DNA of 64,000 nt from Eledone cirrhosa (taxonomy: Eukaryota). Location of the stretch: NCBI GenBank assembly GCA_964016885.1, contig OZ024747.1, positions 66,836,001 to 66,900,000 of the forward strand, in the 5' to 3' direction. The notes under the pieces were generated by a model. That model searched no databases. It was not told the DNA's origin and saw only the letters and a list, made by a program, of their open reading frames with translations. A program made the translations under genes and the position numbers. Each line of letters begins with the position of its first letter. Position 1 is the stretch's first letter. Below, in pieces: positions 59,560-64,000 of this stretch.

Positions 59560-60381
59560 TATTCCTTGAATCTCAGTCATTGATGTTGTTTAACTGGAAA
59601 GTCCGTTGGATTGAATATCAAGCCACTACCTGCAGCCTCAGATATTCAGGACGTATCGGAGGGTTCTTGCTGTTCCAAGCAAGCATGCCTTTTGAAGCGT
59701 TCCAAAAAGCGTGAAGGGGCCGATTTTCTTCAACCATCCCTGGAAACCTTTTGAGATAGTCCCCAGTGCGCCTATGACAATCGGGATCACTTTGACTTCA
59801 TGGCAGTTCCAAATCCTTTTCACCTCCCACTTTAGGTCCTGGTATCGGTTAATTTTCTCCCTCTCCTTCTCTTGCACTCTCGTGTCGAACGGGCAGGCCA
59901 CATCCACAATCAGGCACGATCTTTTTTCTTTGTCCACAACCACCAGGTCAGGTCTATTGTGTTCCAGTTTTTTGTCCGTCTGTATCCTAAAATCCCACAG
60001 CACCTTCACCTGACTGTTCTCCATCACCGCCTCTGGCCTATGCTCATACCATTTCTCAGAATGTGGTAGATTGTTTACTTTGCACAGGTGCCAGTGGATC
60101 ACCCTGCCCATCACATCGTGTCTCCAGCCCTTATAGTGGGTCTGGGCTAGGTGTTTACACTCGGACACAATGTGAGCCACAGTCTCCTCTCTCTCTCCAC
60201 AGATCCTGCACAGTGGGCTAGACTCCTCCTTGTAGATATGGTGCTTCAACCACTTCGTTTTGAGGGCCTGCTCCTGCGCAGCCATTAGCATTCCTTCTGT
60301 AGCCTTTTTGAGGTCTCCTCTTCTCAACCAGTTCCATGTCTGTGGATCTCTAAATTCAGTTTTCTCAAAGAAGGTACTATG
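59560..60381 (-). mobile_element. Family A copy, 5'-truncated at the base equivalent to 31701, abutting (TAA)n
   Basis: ORF 59638-60327 is near-identical to the family A C-terminus; followed by the same spacer as 32520-32700. Confidence 0.92.
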
Positions 60382-60444
<63 letters not shown>

Positions 60445-60446
60445 GT

Positions 60447-61595
60447 TCTTTGAGTCTCAGTCATTGATGTTAATTAACTTGAAAGTTTGTTGAAATGAAT
60501 ATCAAGCCACTACCTGCAGCCTCAGATATTCAGAACGTATCGGAGGGTTCTTGCTGTTCCCAGCAAGCATGCTTTTGAAGCGTTCCACTTTAAGTCCTGG
60601 TATCGGTTAATTTTCTCCCTCTCCTTCTCTTGCACTCTAGTGTCGAATGGGCAGGCCACATCCACAATGAGGCACGATTTTTTTTCCTTTTCCCAAACCC
60701 CCAGGTCAGGTCTATTGTGTTTCAGTTTCTTGTCCGTCTGTATCCTAAAATACCACAGCACCTTCACCTGATCGTTTTCTATCACCGACTCTGGCTTATG
60801 CTCACACCACTTCTCAGAATGTGGTAAATTGTTTACTTTGCATAGGTGCCAGTGGATCACCCTGCCCATCACATCATGTCTCCAGCCCTTATAGTGAGTC
60901 TGGGCTAGGTGTTTACACTCGGATACAATGTGAGCCACAGTCTCCTCTCTCTATCTCCACAGATCCTGCACAGTGGGCTAGCCTCCTCCTTTTAAATATG
61001 GTGTTTCAACCACTTCGTTTTGAGGGCCTGCTCTTGCGCAGCCATTAGCATTCCTTCTGTAGCCTTTTTAAGGTCTCCTCTTTTCAACCAGTTCCATGTC
61101 TGTGGATCTCTGAATTCAGTTTTCTCAAAGAAGGTACTATGAAGGGATTTTTGATGAAGGCTGCTCTTTCTCCTTGTTGATATTTCCTCCTTGGACATCC
61201 CCTGGTCTATTGTCCTCTCCTTCAGTACAATTCTGAGCATTGGCTCCTTACTATCAGTCACGTATTTGTGTAGGTTGTTTTTCTCCATCTGAACACAGTC
61301 CTCTATGCTGATAAGACCTCTTCCACCTTCAGATCTCCTCTTGTGGAGCATGTTGTAGATAGTCAATAGCTTCCTAGTCTTCCTATCCATGTCTTTTTGT
61401 TCAGCAACATTCCATCTCAGAATTCCCGCACTGTACCTAATAATAGACACAGCTCGGGAATTTACTGCACTTATGGCATTCCTACTGTTCAGATGTGACT
61501 TTAATACGCTCCTTACTCTCCGAATGTATTCATATCTTATCAATTCCTTCATTTTTTTGTTCTTGATGTCATCAGCCTCCAGAAAACCCAAATAC
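60447..61595 (-). pseudogene. Older family A copy with deletions and frameshifts
   Basis: ORFs 60992-61591 and 60522-60938 match family A with internal deletions. Confidence 0.9.
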
Positions 61596-62579
61596 TTTCG
61601 CTGTGGATCGAAGACTCACCTCAGGGCCTTCTGCAACGAGAAGACCCTGAGAAAGGAGAAAACCCCCCTCCTTCCGAAACCGGCTTCACGGCTACCAGCA
61701 ACAGGACAAGCGGCAACCAGGACCGATAGGTCCGTGGCACCCATACCCACGCCACGGAAATCAAAAACAGCAGCAGCAGTGGAAGTATTAACAACAACAA
61801 CAGCAATACCAAATGCAGCTGCAACAGAGACTCCAGTGCAAACATCACCAACAACAACAAGTGAAAGAGTGGAGCTGGTACCCCTCCCCGACCTCACAGA
61901 ATCAGACAAGGAGTGTGAGGTGGGAGAGGGATGGCAAAAGGTCGTAAGAAGGCACAAACGCAGAAGCAGCGCATCGTCGCCTTAGAAAAGGAAGGAAAGA
62001 AATGAAAAAAGGGTAAAGACTACTGCAAAGAGACTCACAGCAGCAACACCATCAACACCATCACCACCCACACTAGCACCACCATCACCACCGGTGACAA
62101 CCCCACCGCCAACAACAACAACACCTTCAACACCACCACCACAAGCACCAACATCGCAAACACAACAACAAAACACACACACCCAGCAACAAAGACAAGA
62201 AAATAGCAGAACCACACCCCACCCCCAGAAAAACAAATGCACGGCAATAAATACATACAACAAGAAACTAATGACTTACATAATTGAACACATAGACATT
62301 TCACAACACGACTACATAACACCAGCGCCAATCAAAACGCCAACTAACATAAGACTGCTAAAAATAGCACAGAAACAATACACAAACATTAAAACGAAAT
62401 TCCCCAACGCTGTTGGTGATTTCAGAGACCTAGGAGGGACACTCAACCGAAGAGTATATTCGGACATACTCATAGAAGAGCCGACGACCAGCCGAAGGGA
62501 CGATTCAACGGTCCCTTCACCAGACGATCAAGTGAAAAGGGATGGAACAACCATCCCTCCTCTACGAAAAGTACGGTAA
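61596..62579 (+). pseudogene. Tx1/L1-clade ORF1 3' part (CCHC knuckle remnant, Thr/Pro-rich), interrupted by a stop at 61983-61985
   Basis: FRCGSKTHLRAFC fits CX2CX4HX4C cut at the junction; lies directly upstream of the APE ORF2. Confidence 0.7.
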
Positions 62580-62614
62580 GTGGTCTTTCCCATCTTTTCC
62601 ACTCTATTTTAAAC

Positions 62615-64000
62615 ATGACCTCACTCAGAATAGGCAGCATAAATGCACGTGGCTTGGGGTCGTCATGGAAGCAGGGTCACCTGCTCAACTACCTCAGGTC
62701 ACTAAACATAGATGTAGTGGCCATCAGCGAAACCACTGAATCTCCGAGGCACGGTCCTTCGCACCGATCTTCGGCGGCTACGATGTGCACGCATATCCCA
62801 GTCGTCCTGGATCGGGGGAGGAGTTGCTGTGCTCTTTCGGAGAGGTTTGGATCTCGCCATACGGGCCATCTTCCTGGACCCAGAGGGTAAGCTGGTGGTG
62901 CTGGACGTGACCAGCGGAGACGAGCAAGCTTTCAGGTTAGTGGCCGTCTATGCCCCGACAGGAGCAGGGCGGCCTGATTTCTTCCGGCGTCTGGAGACCT
63001 TTCTTGGAACGTCCCACTCTTTAGTGTTAGTGGGCGACTGGAACGGGATCTTAGATGCACGCTGGGACTGTGTGGGATTAGCGGATATGGGTGGAGGGTG
63101 TAAGAGCCTCACCGACCTGCTCAGACGTTTTGAACTGTCTGACAGGTACCGATTGGATCTCCCGAATGTGCCAATGTGGACTTGGACAAATCGCATAGGG
63201 TCATCCAGATCATATCTAGATAGAGTATTTTGTAGGGAAATAGATAGGTCTAGCATGGGCTGTCCACAATTCAAGATAGTCAGCTACACGGACCACAAAT
63301 TCGTGATTTGTGTGCTTGACTTAGATAGGCTTCATAGACGAGGACCCGGCTACTGGAAGCTAAACGCGTCCTTACCAGCGCGCAAGGCCTACAGAGACCG
63401 GATTAGCGAACAAGTTAAGCGGGCGTTGACGGGGACCATCGTCAACAACAAGTGGTGGTTTGCTCTGAAAAGAGCGATTAGAATGGAATCGATTAGGTTT
63501 AGTAAGGCTTTAGCAATAGAGAAAAATAGAGCAGAGGGAGAACTAGTTAGAAAATTAGACGAGGCGCTTAGCAAAGGCATTGCGACCGACGTGCTTGCGG
63601 CGAAATTGGCCCTTGACCAATTCTTCAATGCAAAGCACGAAGGCTGCGTTGTCAGAGCTGGGGTGCGTGCTCTCAGACACAAGGGGACGAAAGCCGTTAA
63701 ATGGGCCTGAGTGGCGGAGGCGCGTCCTGGCAACAAAGCCATGATTCGGTATTTGGTGGACCACGACGGGCGCATGCTACTCGATCCCGGGCAAATGTGT
63801 GAAGCTTTTCAGCGACACTTCGCTCAGCTCTTCGGGGGAAGAGGTGGGACGGGTCGAGGGATGGACTTTAGTGTCTACCTCGACGGACTGCCGAGGCTCT
63901 CGGCCACTGAGGCGGAGTGTTGCGAAAAGCCGATAACAGCCGCTGAAGTAAGGGAGGCAATGACTGGCTGCACAAGGGGTAAATCGCCTGGTATGGATGG
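62615..64000 (+). pseudogene. Tx1/L1-clade ORF2 (APE endonuclease, leading into RT), disrupted, runs off the window
   Basis: SINARGL, VAISET, VYAPT, VGDWN, SYLDRVF, TDH, GPGYWKLN, and KSPGMDG at the window end; frameshift near 62730-62830 and stop at 63708-63710. Confidence 0.9.

Overview
Eukaryotic, AT-rich, microsatellite-dense genomic DNA; the SINE sequences suggest a coleoid cephalopod such as Octopus (inference). I could not confidently identify any host protein-coding gene, and most ORFs in the track are translated microsatellites. The window is dominated by retroelements. (1) Two families (A and B) of R4/Dong-type non-LTR retrotransposons (RT + CCHC + restriction-like endonuclease) sit in (TAA)n tracts: one intact 1216-aa B copy, a head-to-tail cluster at 51.7-61.6 kb, and an A-spacer-B composite that occurs twice with different 5' truncation points, suggesting it moved as one unit. 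(2) About seven Penelope-like element (PLE) or retrozyme-like families, mostly with inverted or tandem architecture in (TA)n tracts, carry type I hammerhead ribozyme folds. Three unrelated families use the compensated U3-A8 core (UUGANAA) instead of CUGANGA, and two form ORF-less tandem arrays (~318 bp and ~563 bp units). (3) Also present: Tx1/L1 fragments (one in a (TATC)n tract), an RTE 3' end, a mariner remnant, two non-autonomous Helitron-like elements, a solo LTR, many tRNA-derived SINEs, and 36-bp and 41/40-bp minisatellites. All RNA folds were paired by eye, and element boundaries are approximate to a few bases.
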